From: Scyliorhinus canicula
Taxonomy: Eukaryota
NCBI RefSeq assembly: GCF_902713615.1
Contig: NW_024055453.1
Span: forward strand, 186,001 to 250,000
Reading direction: 5' to 3'
DNA: 64,000 nucleotides
Below, piece by piece: positions 12,298-25,404 of the stretch. Numbering within the stretch: position 1 is the stretch's first letter; every line of letters begins with the position of its first letter. Position numbers and translations under genes: made by a program. The notes beneath the pieces were generated by a model, which searched no databases, had not been told where the DNA came from, and worked only from the letters and a program-made list of their open reading frames with translations.

Positions 12298-12535
12298 GGC
12301 ATGGTGGCAGAGTGGTTTGCACTGCTGCCTCACAGCACCACGACCAGGGTTCAATTCCGGCCTTGGGTGACTGTGCGGAGTTTGCACATTCTCCCCGTGT
12401 CTGTGTGGGTTTCCTCTGGTGCTCTTGTTTTCTTCCACAGGTCAGGTGGGGATAGGGTGAAGAGTGGGCCCAGGAAGAGTCTTTCGAAGGGAAGGTGCAG
12501 TCTTGATGGGCCGAATGGCTTCATTCTGCACTCCA
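12298..12535 (+). mobile_element. tRNA-derived SINE
   Basis: A-box/B-box head (gtggtttgcactgctgcc...ggttcaattcc) followed by the SINE core. Confidence 0.8.
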
Positions 12536-12549
12536 GGGGTTCTCTGATC

Positions 12550-12860
12550 AAAGAGGCCAGGATGGCCGCGCATGCGCTCTGCTCCCCGCTGAACGAAGAT
12601 GGCGGCAGTGGAACTGGGCCTGATCCGGATAAAAGCCCCGCAGCTGCAAACTCGGGACCTGAAAGGTTTTATTCCGGCCGTGGGCCTTCACCGGGCGTTT
12701 ATGAAGCCTCCTCTCCCTCCCCACTACCGCCTCCATTCCTCCCTCCGCCCCACCGACTCACCCAAACAACCGCTCCCGCACTCGCAGACCTCCGAGCAAA
12801 GTGACACTGCGCAGGCTCCACAAAGATCTCTGCGCCTGCGCACTAGGCTCATGTGCAGTG
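12550..12860. promoter_or_regulatory. CpG-rich promoter-like module
   Basis: NRF1-like GCGCATGCGC (~12566), YY1 consensus AAGATGGCGGC (~12596) and TGCGCCTGCGCA (~12831) in a CpG-retaining island. Confidence 0.65.
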
Positions 12861-13269
12861 AATAGAGCACATTCACATCAAGGGGGTTGCTGGGTAATAT
12901 CCACACCATTGCAACATCACAGTTAATACAATATAACTTGGTTACCATTTGAAATAAATTAATCTAAAAATGTCATAAATTGTGAATTGGTAATCTGCTA
13001 TGCTCCATTTCTCAAAATTTTCCTGTGTGACCGTGCCGAGTTTTTAAAGCTTTTGTACTATTTCCTCTCTCTCATCCCTCCACCGACGTTGCTGACTCTG
13101 ACTGGGTTCAATCGCAGTCACAGGTTCTTCTCTCTTTCCTTCTCCATCCCTGATTCTGAATATTCACTGTTTTACAGAATAAAACTGCACCAATAAAAGT
13201 CATTCAGCCCATTATACCTGTACTGAATCTTTGCAAGATCCATTCAATTAATCCCACAACCCTGCTAGC

Positions 13270-13800
13270 AGAGTGAGGAAGGATGTTCTTGCTATAGAGA
13301 GAATGCAGTGAAGATTTACCAGACTGATTCCTGGGCTCACGGACTGAGGTATGATGAGAGATTGAGCCAGTTAGGATTATGTCGCTGGAGCTCAGGAGAG
13401 GAATCTCATGGAAACATATAAAATTCTAACAGTACTGGAAAGGGTAGATGTGGGAAGGATGTTCCTGATGGTAGAGGGGGGGAGGGGGGAAAGAGTCCAG
13501 CATCATAGTCTGAGGATAGGGGGCAGACCATTTAGAATAGAGATGAGGAGAAATTTCTTCATCCAGAAAGGTGAGCCAATGGAATTTGTTACTACAGGAA
13601 GTAGTTGAGGATAAAACATTGTATGGTTTCAACAAGCAGTTAGATACATCTCTCAGGGTAAAAGGGATCAAAGACTGGAGGGAATGCGGGGAACAGGTTA
13701 CTGAGTTGAATGATCAGCCATGATCATAATGAATGGTGGAATAGGCTGGTAGGGGCGAATTGCTTCCTCCTGCTTCTATTCTCTATGTTTCTATGTAAGG
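13270..13800 (+). mobile_element. CR1 LINE 3' fragment
   Basis: METYKILTVLERVDVGRMFLMV...HSLRIGGRPFRIEMRRNFFIQ; ends ttctatgtttctatg. Confidence 0.85.
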
Positions 13801-14059
13801 CCGGAGTTTATCTTCAGGGAATCGAACATTTTGGTGCCTTTTCCAATTGTACCAGTAAATTGTGATTCACACTGAAAGGTTTACTTTCACTCAGTAATTA
13901 GAACATTTCACTTTCTCAGCACTGGCACTTTAGATCAAATCTCAATTGTTCACTTCTCTTGTAGCTGGTGTGTGGGAAAGATCATGTTCACTGTAGATCT
14001 GACAGCACAGAAACCGCACTGTGCCTCTGGATACACCCAGTCTTTAAGGAGATGAATCT

Positions 14060-14900
14060 TTTAAAGATCACCCAAGTGAAGGTCTTCCCCTGACTCTAAG
14101 GAGTGAGATGTCTCTGTAGTTGATGCTGTCTCCTCTGTCACTGCTGTTTTTATTGCATCACACATGTTCCATGGACCAGTCTCACAGCCCAAAAGGGGAG
14201 GGCAGGAAGGTGTGACAGTCGATGGGACTTTCTGTGTGAGCAGTTCAGCTGGAATTCCATCCTTGCCGGGCACCTTTCTGCTTGCTCAGCAATCAATGGC
14301 CTTTTCCAGCTCAAATGATGAGGGTTCCTTGTCCAACTCAACTCACCTCAACCATGACAGGAAGCTGCAGGAGAGTCAAACAGAGACTGGGAAATGTCTG
14401 TCTCACAGGAGTTCAGCTCACAGTCGGGTTCAACCCAGCGGGATATCTGTTTACATCTGTTGGTAAGAACGTCACCAGCTCCAATTTCAGCCGGGGAACT
14501 TTGGTGATGGTCGGATGAAGTGCCCTCTTGATCTCATCATACAGAGATTTCCATTGTCACAGGCAGTCTGGAATCATTGACACAGGCTGATCCAATGTTT
14601 ATCTGCAGAGTGTCATCCTGATTTTTACACAACTGTCTTGGCTTTCACATGATGTAGTGTTCTCATAGTTGGGTTTATGGTGTACATCAGGTCGGCTTTG
14701 CTTTTTGCGTCAATGACAGATGTCACCTCTGCTGAGTGGCTCTCAAACCAGTCTTTGTTGTGGGTTCCACCTTTACCAAATGTTGCTGCTGCTGTGTCAG
14801 AAATGATTCAACTCAGCAACTTCCAAACTTCACCAATAACAATGTTGATGTTCAGTGTTTATGTACGTTTTCACAGTGCCTGTATAATATTTCACCGTTT
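14060..14900 (-). mobile_element. RTE-clade LINE fragment (decayed)
   Basis: Minus-strand PGKDGIPAELL motif and downstream decayed RT sequence typical of RTE elements. Confidence 0.55.
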
Positions 14901-15251
14901 TGTTTTGCTTTCTTCACAATTTAATTTCCTAATGGGCATAATACTGAAGAAGTCAGTAAGAATTGTCAGGAAGGATTAATTTGCACTTTCTAATTGGAGA
15001 TCTTGATCAGTAGAAGCTTTCAGACACTGATTTGCATCAAGGATCAATTTAGGATTGAAGTACAAGTTCAGTATTTTACTGTAAAGATGTTCCTGGTGAG
15101 AGTTCTTGATTTCAGTCGTAAGATCACAGCTGGTGCTTTTAAAAAGAGGCATTGCAGCCCCGAAAACTAGTGACATCTTCAGAATATTAAACTGCTGCCA
15201 GTTATAAGGATTGTTAACATCAGCAGAATCAAATCGGATATTGTCAGACGA

Positions 15252-16235
15252 TCAATCCTGGATGTGATTAGCAGCAGCCAAACAGCAGATTCCAGTCTCT
15301 GCACTCACTTGTGAACTCGCTGGTGTCTCAGCAGACGCTGTGACCGAGTGAATCCCACTCCACACAAGGAGCAGGTGAACCGTCTCCCCCCGGTGTGATC
15401 CCACTGATGTGTCAGCAGTTGGGATGACCAAAGGAATCGCTTCCCACACACGGAGCGTGAACGGCTTCTCCCCAGTGTGAGTGCGTTGGTGCTCACTGAG
15501 GTCAGCTGACTGACTGAAACCCTCTCCACAGGTGGTGCACCCGAATGGATCCTCCAAGTGCATTTGGTGATGTGACTGGAGGGTGAATATCTGAGTGAAT
15601 CCTTCCCCACACACAAAGCAAATGAATGGTTTCTGACCCGTGTGAATTCGCTGATGTTCAGTGAGGATGGATAAGGACTTGAATTTCTCTTCACAGGTTG
15701 TGCAGCTGAATGGCTTCTTCTCAGTGTGAACTCGCTGGTGTAAGCGAAGGCCAGATAACTGAGTGAATCTCCTCTCACACACAGAACAGATGAACGGCCT
15801 TTCCCCAGTGTGAACGCGTCGATGGATTTCCAGCCGGGATGAAGAATTGAATCCGTTACCACAGTCCTCAGATTTCCACAGTTTCTCCATGATTCTAGTT
15901 TCCCTGCGTCTTTCCAGTTTGGACAATCAGTTGAAGCTTTGTCCACACACACAGAACACGAGTACGCTTTTTTCCCCACTGCGAATCGTGTGATGATTAT
16001 AACAGGCTGTTTAACTGGTTAAAGCTCTTTGTACATTGAGTATACTGGAACCTCACATTCCAGTGTGTGTCCTGATGCTTTTCCAGTCACACAGATGTTT
16101 TAAATGGTGTCACACAGACAGAACACAAACATTTCTTCTTCCAAATTCAATGATTGATGATATTCAGGCTGTGGTGAGTCAGTGACTGTCTGACCATGCA
16201 GTTGGAGTTCCTGTTTGTAAATCCAAGTCTAATGC
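15252..16235 (-). pseudogene. C2H2 zinc-finger gene with frameshift (ZNF-C)
   Basis: Fingers run in ORF 15252-15926 up to HTGEKPFT, then continue in the overlapping ORF 15305-15979 (...[26 protein letters not shown]); first finger has lost a Cys. Frameshift near 15455-15460 may be a sequence error. Confidence 0.75.
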
Positions 16236-16779
16236 CCTGGAAAAGGAGTTTACAAAACTTTAGAGAAGAGAAATTCTGAACGTACAGTTCTATTTTCCAT
16301 GAAGAATATTTTCCACATTTGTACCTGTAAAGCAGTGAATCCTAATCCCATGCACTCTCTTGCCTCCCGGGGCTGGATGCAAATCCCACAGTGACTAACA
16401 GTCCCATATTTTACTGGAATAACTGCATGCTGCCTGGATATTGTCTGTCATACAAATTGGACCTTTCTCAATGCACAGAACCATGGTCCTGACTGTTTCT
16501 GTGTTCCAGAAACACAGAGACTTACCCCAGGCGGCCTGGTCCCAGCTCTGGCAGAGACTTACCCCAGGCGGCCTGGTCCCAGCTCTGGCAGAACGCCGGC
16601 CTTTCAGTGCGGGCTGTGACTTAATTTTCACCATGAGAGTTGGTCAGCCTGGCAAACCCTGCACACCACCTTCACAATGCCTTTCCTTCCAGTTTACCCC
16701 CTCCCTCCCCTCTGGCTGGGTTCAGTTCTCAAACCACTTTGTGAAAAGTGAGAATCAAATCAATTAATCAATAATTGTC

Positions 16780-17460
16780 CCTCCTGGTCACTGGGACCCT
16801 GAAGCCCCGCCCACACTATGTTCCTTCACCAAGATGGCTGCACCTGAAGCCACCAATCCCCCAGAGCTGGAGACCTGGGATCTGCAGGTTCTGATTGGGA
16901 GTTTGGGACCTCCAGCTGATGTTTGTGAATCAACCCCCCCCACCTCCCCCAAGCTCTTATTTATTATCCCCCCTCCCCCATCCTGGGATGTGAACCACCC
17001 TCCAGTGTGTGAAGCAGGATGGTGCCCGTTAACCTGGGCCTGTTCCCGGGAGGGAGGGAGAAGCTCTGCAGCTGCAAACCAGGGAGCTGACAATGATGGT
17101 GAAGGGTTTGCGGACCCACAAAGTGTTTCCAAATCCTCACACCCACCGCCTGACGCTGACTCCGCTTCTCCGGGACAAACAAGGGCTGAAATCCATGTCC
17201 AGTAGCCACACTGCGCTTGCTCCGGATCACAATGCCGGGGAGTGATTGACCGCAGCTCCGGGCCAAAAGGAAGAGGGGATGGGACTGGAGGAACGAGTGG
17301 GAGCGTCTGGTCCTCCAACCAATCAGAGTGAATGAGGGGCGGGGCTGATCCTGGATCTCCATCATTGGCTGAGACTCTGCATCATTTTGAGTTCTTCCCA
17401 TTGGCCACGTGTGCGCGGTTTCCACAACCTCATTTTCTGCCTGAGAGGTGTTGACCAATG
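16780..17460. promoter_or_regulatory. Promoter/first-exon region of ZNF-C
   Basis: CCAAT box plus GC box (ccaatcagagtgaatgaggggcgggg, ~17319-17344), YY1-like aagatggctgc (~16831), and minus-strand GTAAGT donors at ~16520 and ~16557. Confidence 0.55.
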
Positions 17461-17504
17461 AGAATGTTTGGAGAACCGGATCGACTCTTGGCAGCATTTT
17501 GTAT

Positions 17505-17755
17505 TTGGCATCTGTGTTCAATTCAGAGTCTAGTTTGCACACTGAGTTTGCGTGGGTTCCCTCCGTTGTGTTCCAGTTTTCTCCCACCATCCAAAGATGT
17601 ACAGGTTTGGTGGATTGGCTGTGCTAAATTGCCCCTTAGTGTCCAAAAAAAAGGTTAGGTGGGGTTACTGGGATAGGGTGGAGGCACGGACTTAAGTAGG
17701 GTGCTCTTTCCAAGGGCCATGCAGGCTTGATAGGCCTGTAAATTCTATGATTCTG
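17505..17755 (+). mobile_element. tRNA-derived SINE (5'-degenerate)
   Basis: SINE core ccaaagatgtacaggtt...gctaaattgccccttagtgtcc with ttctatg tail. Confidence 0.8.
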
Positions 17756-18439
17756 TCGGACTTTTGCTCTCACAGTCTGATCTGATGGGTCTCTCTGGGG
17801 GTATTTCCCTGGTACAGTCTATGTGTTTGGGTGTTTTAGGGAGCAGACAAAACTTCCTTGGTTCTATCTGTTGTACTTTGTTGTTTTCGGATAATGTGTC
17901 TGGAGTCTTTATGTTCTTCCAGTCCGTCTCCAATGCTCCTTCCTGTCTTGGGTATATGGATCCAGTAGCTTGGTGTTGTGATTCATGTTGTTTAGTTGTC
18001 TGTCAGGTATTGTTGTCCCTCGATAATGGACAAGATGAGCTCTGAGAGGGCCATAAGGTGAGATAGGAGAGAAACTGGAGAAAGATGTGGGTTCAGGGCT
18101 CGGGAAAGGATGAATTTAGAGACAGTTTGGTCCGGTGGGCTCGTGGAAGGGAGGGAAGCAGCAGAGGCAGCTGATCGGATTGACTCAATCTCAGTCACAA
18201 AGAAGCTCCACAAGCTCCTCACACTTCTTGTTGGAGGTGAGGATGGAAGAGACAGGGGAGAGCGAGAGTACTTCAAAAGGAACTAACTTGTGTCAGAGAT
18301 ATTAAAAAGTTTCAACACACTGCGCATTTAACACAAATCTAATTTATTTGACTTTTAGCCAGAATATTAGCCCCTGTAAATGGGCTGGAGTTTGTTATCA
18401 GCAGAAAGAGACCCAAATGAACATGGTTCAGTCCGAATG

Positions 18440-19620
18440 TGAGGAACAGCAAAATCCAATCACTGCAGTTACTTGTGGCCTGTTGGTGTGTCAGCAGGTG
18501 GGATGAAGTGGCGAAACCCTTTCCACACTGGGAGCAGGTGAATGGCCTCTCCCCAATGTGAATCCGCTGATGTACAGTGAGGTTAGATGATTGTCTGAAC
18601 CAATTCCCGCAGTGAGAGCACCAAACGGTCTCTCGTCAGTGTGAACACGTTTATGGTACATCAGTTCCTTACAACTTTTATAGCACTTCCCGCAGTCTGG
18701 ACATTGAAACGGTCTCTCATCAGTGTGAACCCGCTGGTGACTCAACAGGTCGGATGACTGGGTGAATCGTTTCCCACATTTGGAGCAGGCGAATGGCCTC
18801 TCCCCAGTGTGAATTCGCTGGTGCCTCTGCAGGTCAGATGATCGAGTGAATCTCTTCCCACACTTGGCGCAGGCGAATGGCCTCTCCCCAGTGTGACTTC
18901 GCCAATGTACAGTGAGGTCAGATGATTGTCTGAACCTATTCCCGCAGTGAGAGCACCGAAACGGTCTCTCGTCAGTGTGAACACGTTGATGACGAATCAG
19001 TTCCCCAGAACGTTTATAGCACTTCATGCAGTCTGGACATTGAAACGGTCTCTCATCAGTGTGAATTCGCTGGTGACTCAGCAGGTGGGTTGAAAAGAAA
19101 ATCCCTTCCCACACTCTGAGCAGGTGAATGGTCTCTCCCCAGTGTGAACTCGCTGGTGTGTGGACAGAGTGGATGACCGAGTGAATCCCTTCCCCCCACT
19201 CTGAGCAGGTGAATGGTCTCTCCCCCAGTGTGAACTCGCTGGTGTGTGGACAGAGTGGATAACTGAGTGAATCTCTTCCCACACTTGGAGCAGGTGAATG
19301 GTCTCTCCCCAGTGTGACTGCGTCGATGTGTTTCCAACTTGGATGGGGAATTGAATCCTTTCGCACAGTCCGACACATTTCCAAGGTTTCTCCTCAGTGT
19401 GACTGCATTTGTGGCTTGTGAGGCCTGATGATCGAGTGAATCCTCGTCCACACTCACAACACGTGTACGGTTTCTCCCACTGAGAACGATGCTTTTTCCT
19501 TCCATGTTCAAACATCCACTGATATTCAGGATATGATAAATTGAGGACTCTGTCAGATCCTGATGTGATGCTTTGTTTGAGTTTCCAGACTTTGAAGCCT
19601 CCTCTTCGAACACCCTGTGA
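18440..19620 (-). pseudogene. C2H2 zinc-finger pseudogene with multiple frameshifts (ZNF-D)
   Basis: Fingers split among ORFs 19078-19725, 19056-19670 and 18491-19384 (for example [29 protein letters not shown]); frame breaks at homopolymers. Confidence 0.85.
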
Positions 19621-19984
19621 AACTGATTTAAACAGAAAATAGGGATTGAGAGAGAACCCCACAAAAACACAAAGGCAGATTGTGAAATTGAGCTGAATGA
19701 ATCTGGCCAATTGTGGGGCCAACACTAAGAAAAGTGAAAGAGAAAATGCTGGATAAATGCAAGTTACTGCGGATGCTGGAATCTGAAACTAATCTGAATC
19801 AAAGAAATGTGACCATTTAAAACTGCTGGATTGTCATAAAAACACAACTGGCCTCTTTGGGAGGAGAGAGAAGAGGTGAAGAGGGATTTTGTATGTCTAC
19901 AAGACATATTAAGAGAGTAGTTGGCAAAGCAAATTCGATCTTGAGCTTCATAAACAGGAATAATGATACAGAAAAACTATGCTT

Positions 19985-20345
19985 CTGGTGGCACAGTGAT
20001 TAGCACTGCTGCCTCACAGTGCCAGGGACTCGGGTCAATCCGGCCTTGGTGACTGTCTGTGTGGAGTTTGCACTTTCTCCCCGTGTCTGCGTTGGGTTTC
20101 CACCCGGTGCCTCAGGTTTACTCCAACAGTCCAAAGAAGGGAAAGTTAGGTGGATTGGCCTTGATAAATTTCCCCTTAGTGTCCAGGGATGTGCAGGTTA
20201 GGTGGGGCTATGGGGTCACAGGGACAGGGTAGGGGTGTGGGCCTAGGCAGGGTGCCCTTTCAGAGAATCAGTGCAGACTCGATGGGCTGAATGGCCTCCT
20301 TCTGCACTGTAGGAATTCTATGGTTCTACTTCTATTCTATGAATC
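19985..20345 (+). mobile_element. tRNA-derived SINE
   Basis: Full head gtggcacagtgattagcactgctgcc, core and ttctat tail. Confidence 0.85.
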
Positions 20346-20935
20346 TTTATAAAGCTCTGGTCACCACTCTTCAGGAAGGATGTGAAGGTTCTTGGAGAAG
20401 GTACAGAGGAGATTTACCAGAATGGATCCAGCAAAGGAGGTTGAGGGGAGATTTGATTCAGGGACACAAGATTATGCCAGATTTCCACAGATGGAGAAAG
20501 ACACTCTGTTTCCATTCACTGATCATACAAGCAGTTGGATACAGTTGGGTTTTGGGTAAAACCTGGATTGAACGATATAAGATCCTGTGGGGTCTTGACA
20601 GGGTGGATGTGGAGAGGATGTTTCCTCTTGAGGGAGAATCGAGAACGAGGGTGTCGCTGTTGCAAAAGAAGGAGTCACCCATTCAGATGGAGCTGAGGAT
20701 TTTTTATTCTCGAGGGTTGTAAAACTTTGGAACTCACGTCCTTAAAAGGCAGTGGGAGCAGACTCCTTGAATATTTTTGAGGCAGAGCTGGATAGATTCT
20801 TGATGAGCAAGGGGTGAAAGGGTCATCAGGGGGAGGCAGAATGTGGAGTTGAGGTTAGAATGAGATCAGCCGCATTCTTATTGAATGCTGAGCAGGCTCG
20901 AGGGGCGAGTGGCCTGTTCCTAGTTTGTATGTAAA
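20345..20935 (+). mobile_element. CR1 LINE 3' fragments
   Basis: YKILWGLDRVDVERMFPLEGESRTR...IQMELR, CR1 ORF2 end. Confidence 0.8.
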
Positions 20936-21344
20936 AGGTACAGGAGATATGAGGTGATATGAGATATGTTTTTACACTGCAAGCGGCAATGGCCTGAAAC
21001 TTGCTGCGTATCAGAGAGTTTGAAAATAGACACAATGAATCATTTGATTTCAAAAGGAAATGGATTTGAGGGAAATAAACCTGCGAGGATACAGGGATGG
21101 AGCAGGAGAATGGGACTGACTGGATTGCTGCAGTGAGCTAGCATGGATTCAATGGGCCGAATGCCATTCTCTGTGCCATCATGTCTCTGACTCGTTTGTG
21201 TAATCTAGTTCTGTTACTTAACCCCGGGGGGGTTCAGATATTACTCAGGTAAATCTGTGCTACACTCCCTCCGAGGCCATTCTATCCTTCCTCAGGTTTG
21301 TTGCCCGGAACTGAACACAGTTCTCCAGGTTTGGTCTAACCAGG

Positions 21345-21560
21345 GGTTGTGAATCTCGGGGCTTTTCCAGTCACACTGAGACCTGAAATCTTCCCTCATA
21401 GACAGAACAGACAAACCTTTTACCTTCCACACCCAGATGCTGCTGAAATTCAGGTTCTGATGAATCGAGTGACTCTGTCAGATGTGACGTTTGGTTTTGC
21501 GGTTTCCCGTCTGTTAAACCTCTACTTCCAGTATCCTGTAAATTTACAGAAACCTCACTG
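21345..21560 (-). pseudogene. Zinc-finger exon 5' remnant (ZNF-E)
   Basis: Shares the acceptor/leader sequence of the other ZNF exons (gcttttccagtcacactga...tatcctgtaaatttaca...cactgtcagt) but has no intact fingers. Confidence 0.55.
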
Positions 21561-21984
21561 TCAGTTTAGGATAGAAATTCACAACATTCTCTCCTCGCCA
21601 ACTTTGATTAAATGTATTCCTGGAGGTTTGATCACATGACCTGCCCCATCCTCCAGCCAATTAATCGGTCAAACACTCCATACCTTGTGACACACTGCCT
21701 TCCCGGCCAATTGGGAAGCAAAAGGACTCATTACCTTACAGGACAGTTACTGTCCTAACAATTTTCCAGACACCCAGGTTTGAATCTCACCAACGCAGAG
21801 AGTGGAGTTGGTGTGAACTCGGACAGGAGGAGCTTCGGAACAGTAAATATAAATAACGTACCTCGGGAATTCACGGCCTAGTCGGCAGGGAGCGGATTTG
21901 GCGCAAATCCAGGGAGGAGGAGCTTTGGAACAGTGAATATAAATAACTTAACTAAGTAGGGAGTAACTCGGAGATCAGTAATTA

Positions 21985-24160
21985 GGAGATTGCTGCTTGT
22001 ATCTATATCAACGATTTGGATGAGAATGTACAAGGCATGATCAGTAAGTTTGCAGATGACACTAAAATAGGTGATATTGTAGACAGGAAGGTTATCAAAA
22101 ATTGCAGCAGGATCTTGATCAGCTGGGGAAGTGGGCCGAGAAATGGCAAATGGTGTTCAATTTTATAAATGACCTGGAAGAGGGTGTAGAAGGATGGGTT
22201 AGTAAATTTGCAGATGAGACAAAGGTCGGTGGAGTTGTGGATAGTGCTGAAGGATGTTATAGGATACAGAGGGACATATATAAGCTGCAGACTTGGGCTG
22301 AGAGGTGGCAGATGGAGTTTAATGCGGAAAAGTGTCAGGTGGTTCACTTTGGAAGGAGTAACAGGAATGCAGAGTACTGGGCTAATGGCAAGATTCTTGG
22401 GAGTGTAGATGAACAGAGAGATCTCGGCATCCAGGTACATAAATCCCTGAAAGTTGCCACCCAGGTTAATAGGGTTGTTAAGAAGGCATATGGTGTGCGA
22501 GCTTTTATCAGTAGGGAGATTGAGTTTTGGAGCCACAAGGTCATGCTGCAGCTGTACATAACTCTGGTGCGGCCGCTCCTGGAGTACTGCGTGCAGTTCT
22601 GGTCACCACATTATAGGAAAGATGTGGAAGCTTTGGAAAGGGTTCAGAGGAGATTTACTAGGATGTTGCCTGGTATGGAGGGAAGGTCTTACGAGGAAAG
22701 GCTCAGGGACTTGAGGTTGTTTTCGTTAGAGAGGAGAAGGCTGAGAGGTGACTTAATAGAGACATATAACATAGTCAGAGGGTTTGATAGGGTGGACAGT
22801 GAGAGTCTCTTTCCTCGGATGGTGATGACCAACACGAGGGGACATAGCTTTAAATTGGGGGTAGTAGATATAGGACAGATGTTAGAGGCAGTTTCTTTAC
22901 TCAGAGAGTAGTAGGGGTGTGGAACGCCCTGCCTGCAACAGTAGTAGACTCGCCAACTTTAAGGGCATTTATGTGGCCGCTGGATAGACATATGGATGAA
23001 AATGGAATAGTGTAGGTCAGATAGGCTTCAGATGGTTTCACAGGTCGGCGCAACATCGAGGGCCGAAGGGCCTGTACTACGCTGTAATGTTCTATGTTCT
23101 AATACAGATCAGTGTGAGGTGTTACATTTCGGAAAATCAAATGCAAGGTTGGACTTTCACATTGAATGGTAGAGCCTTCGGGTGTATCATGGAACAGGGG
23201 GACCTTGGAGTTCATGTGCACGGTTCTTTAAAGGTGGAGTCACAGGTAGATAGGGCAACACGGTGGCATAGTGGTTAGCACAGTTGCTTCACAGCTACAT
23301 GGTCCCAGGTTCGATTCCCAGTTGGGTCACTGTCTGTGTGGAGTCTGCACGTTCTCCCCCGTGTCTGCGTGTGTTCTCTGGTTTTCCTCCCACAGTCTAA
23401 AGATATGCGGGGTTAGGTGGACTGGCCATGCTAAATTGCCCTGAGGTGTCCCAAAAAAAGGTTAAGTGGGGGTTACTGGGATAGGGTAGATAAGTGGGTG
23501 GTGTGCTCTTTGTCAGGGCTATCCAGCTCTGGCAGGCTCGATGGGCCGAATAGCTTCCTTCTGCACTGTAAATTCTCTGAAGAAGGCTTTAGCATGCTGG
23601 CCTTCATCAGTCAGGGCACTGAGTATACAAGTTGGGAAGTTATGTTGCAGTTGTACAGGACGTTGGTGAGGTTGCACGTGGAGTGTGGCGTTCAGTTTTG
23701 GTCGCCTTGCTATAGGAAAGATGTTATTAAACTGGAGAGAGCACAGGAAGGGATTTACAGGATGTTGCCAAGCAAGGGACTGAATTGTAGGGAGAGATTG
23801 GACAGGCCAGGACCTTTTTCTTTGGAGCGTAGGGGACTGAGGGGAGATCTTATAGAGGTGTATAAGATCATGAGAGGCATGGACAGGGTGAATGCACTCA
23901 GTCTTTTCCCCAGCGTTGGGAAATCGCGAACCAGAGGGCACAGGTTTATGTTAAGAGGGGAAAGAATTAATGGGAACCTAAGGATCAATGGTTTTACACA
24001 GAGGATAGTACGGAATGAGCAGCCGGAGGAAGGAGTTGAGGCAGGGACATTGCCAACATTGAAAAGGCATTTGGACAGATGCATGAATAGGAAAGGTTCA
24101 GAGGGATTTGGGAGAAATACAGGCCAATGGGATTGACTTTTGGTTGGCATGGACCAGTTT
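21985..24160 (+). mobile_element. Stacked CR1 LINE RT-domain fragments
   Basis: ORF 22102-22911 contains INDLEEG...SKFADETKVGG...LEYCVQFWSPHYRKD...LERRRLRGDLIETY; a first copy ends ttctatgttcta at ~23100 and a second follows, interrupted by a SINE. Confidence 0.92.
23252..23578 (+). mobile_element. tRNA-derived SINE nested within CR1
   Basis: SINE head gggcaacacggtggcatagtggttagc interrupts CR1 sequence gtagata|...|tgaagaaggc. Confidence 0.85.
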
Positions 24161-24414
24161 GGGCCAAATGGCCTGTCTCCGTGCTGTAGATTCTATGAAC
24201 CCCAAGTCTCTTTGGACACCCACTGTACTTAACCTCTTTCCATTCAGAAAGTGCTCAGTTCGATCCTTTTTTGGTTCAAAACAGATAACCTCACACCTGT
24301 TTATAATGCCACAATATTGCCCATTCACCTTGTCTGTCAATATCTTCTTGCAATTTAACGCAATCATCTATGCTGTCTATGATGCCACCGAACATTGTAT
24401 CATCAGCAACTCAG

Positions 24415-24600
24415 AGGGGCTGGTTTAGCACACTGGGCTAAATCGCTGGCTTTTAATGCAGACCAAGGCAGGCCAGCAGCACGATTCAATTCCCGTACCA
24501 GCCTCCCCAAATAGGCGCCGGAATGTGGTGACTAGGGGCTTTTCACAGTAACTTCATTTGAAGCCTACTTGTGACAATAAGCGATTTTCATTTCATTTTC
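24415..24600 (+). mobile_element. Second tRNA-derived SINE family (short)
   Basis: Head ggggctggtttagcacactgggcta...attcaattcc; tail ggcgccggaatgtggtgactaggggcttttcacagtaacttc, a tail also seen at ~12120, ~31320 and ~40800. Confidence 0.7.
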
Positions 24601-25404
24601 CTTTCATTTTTTTCACAGTGCAGAAGAGGCCCTTCGGTCCATCGAGTTAGCACCGACACATAATAAACGTGGCCCAACTACCTAATCCCATTTGCCAGCA
24701 CTTGGCTCATAGCCTTCAATATTATGACGTGCCAGTCTTCATCCAGGTACTTTTTAAAAGGATGTGAGGCAACCCGTCTCTATCACCCTCTGAAGGCAGT
24801 GCATTCCTGACCGTCACCACCCTCTAGATAAAAACATTTTTCTTCAGTACATGTGTCAATAAATCTAATCCCCACTCTCTGCTGGTTAGCCAATCCTCTA
24901 TCCAAGCTAATATATTATCTTTCAACCACTTTGGATTTTACGTTATTACCTTTTGTGTGACACCTTATCAAATGTATTCTGGGAGTCCAAATACATCTAC
25001 AGGACCCCATTATCCACTTGGCTTCTTACATCTTCCAAGAACTGCACAAAATGAGTCAAACACAATCTACCCTTCGCAAAACCACGCTGACTCTGATGGA
25101 TTGCGGTTTGACTTTCCAAATGTCCAGATACTGCTTCCTCAATAATGGATTCCAACAGTTTCCCAACAACAGGCGTTTAACTAGTTTCCTACTTTCTGCC
25201 TTTTTGACCTAATCCAGTGACATTGGAGATTTTCTCAGTGGAGCCTCAGTCACAATCAGTGAGACTAACTTTAAATTCCAGATTTTATTAATTGAATGGA
25301 TTGGAGCCGATGTCCCCAGAACAGTTTCCTGTCTCTCTGGGTGACTAATGCAGTGACATTGTCACTGGGTCAGTGTCTCGCCCCCTGGTCTCTATGAGGT
25401 TGTT

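Noticed and set aside
15030-16384. Octamer motifs ATTTGCAT/ATGCAAAT (~15030, ~16377, also ~11283)
   Set aside because: More than 27 kb from the Ig exons, isolated, and at chance frequency.
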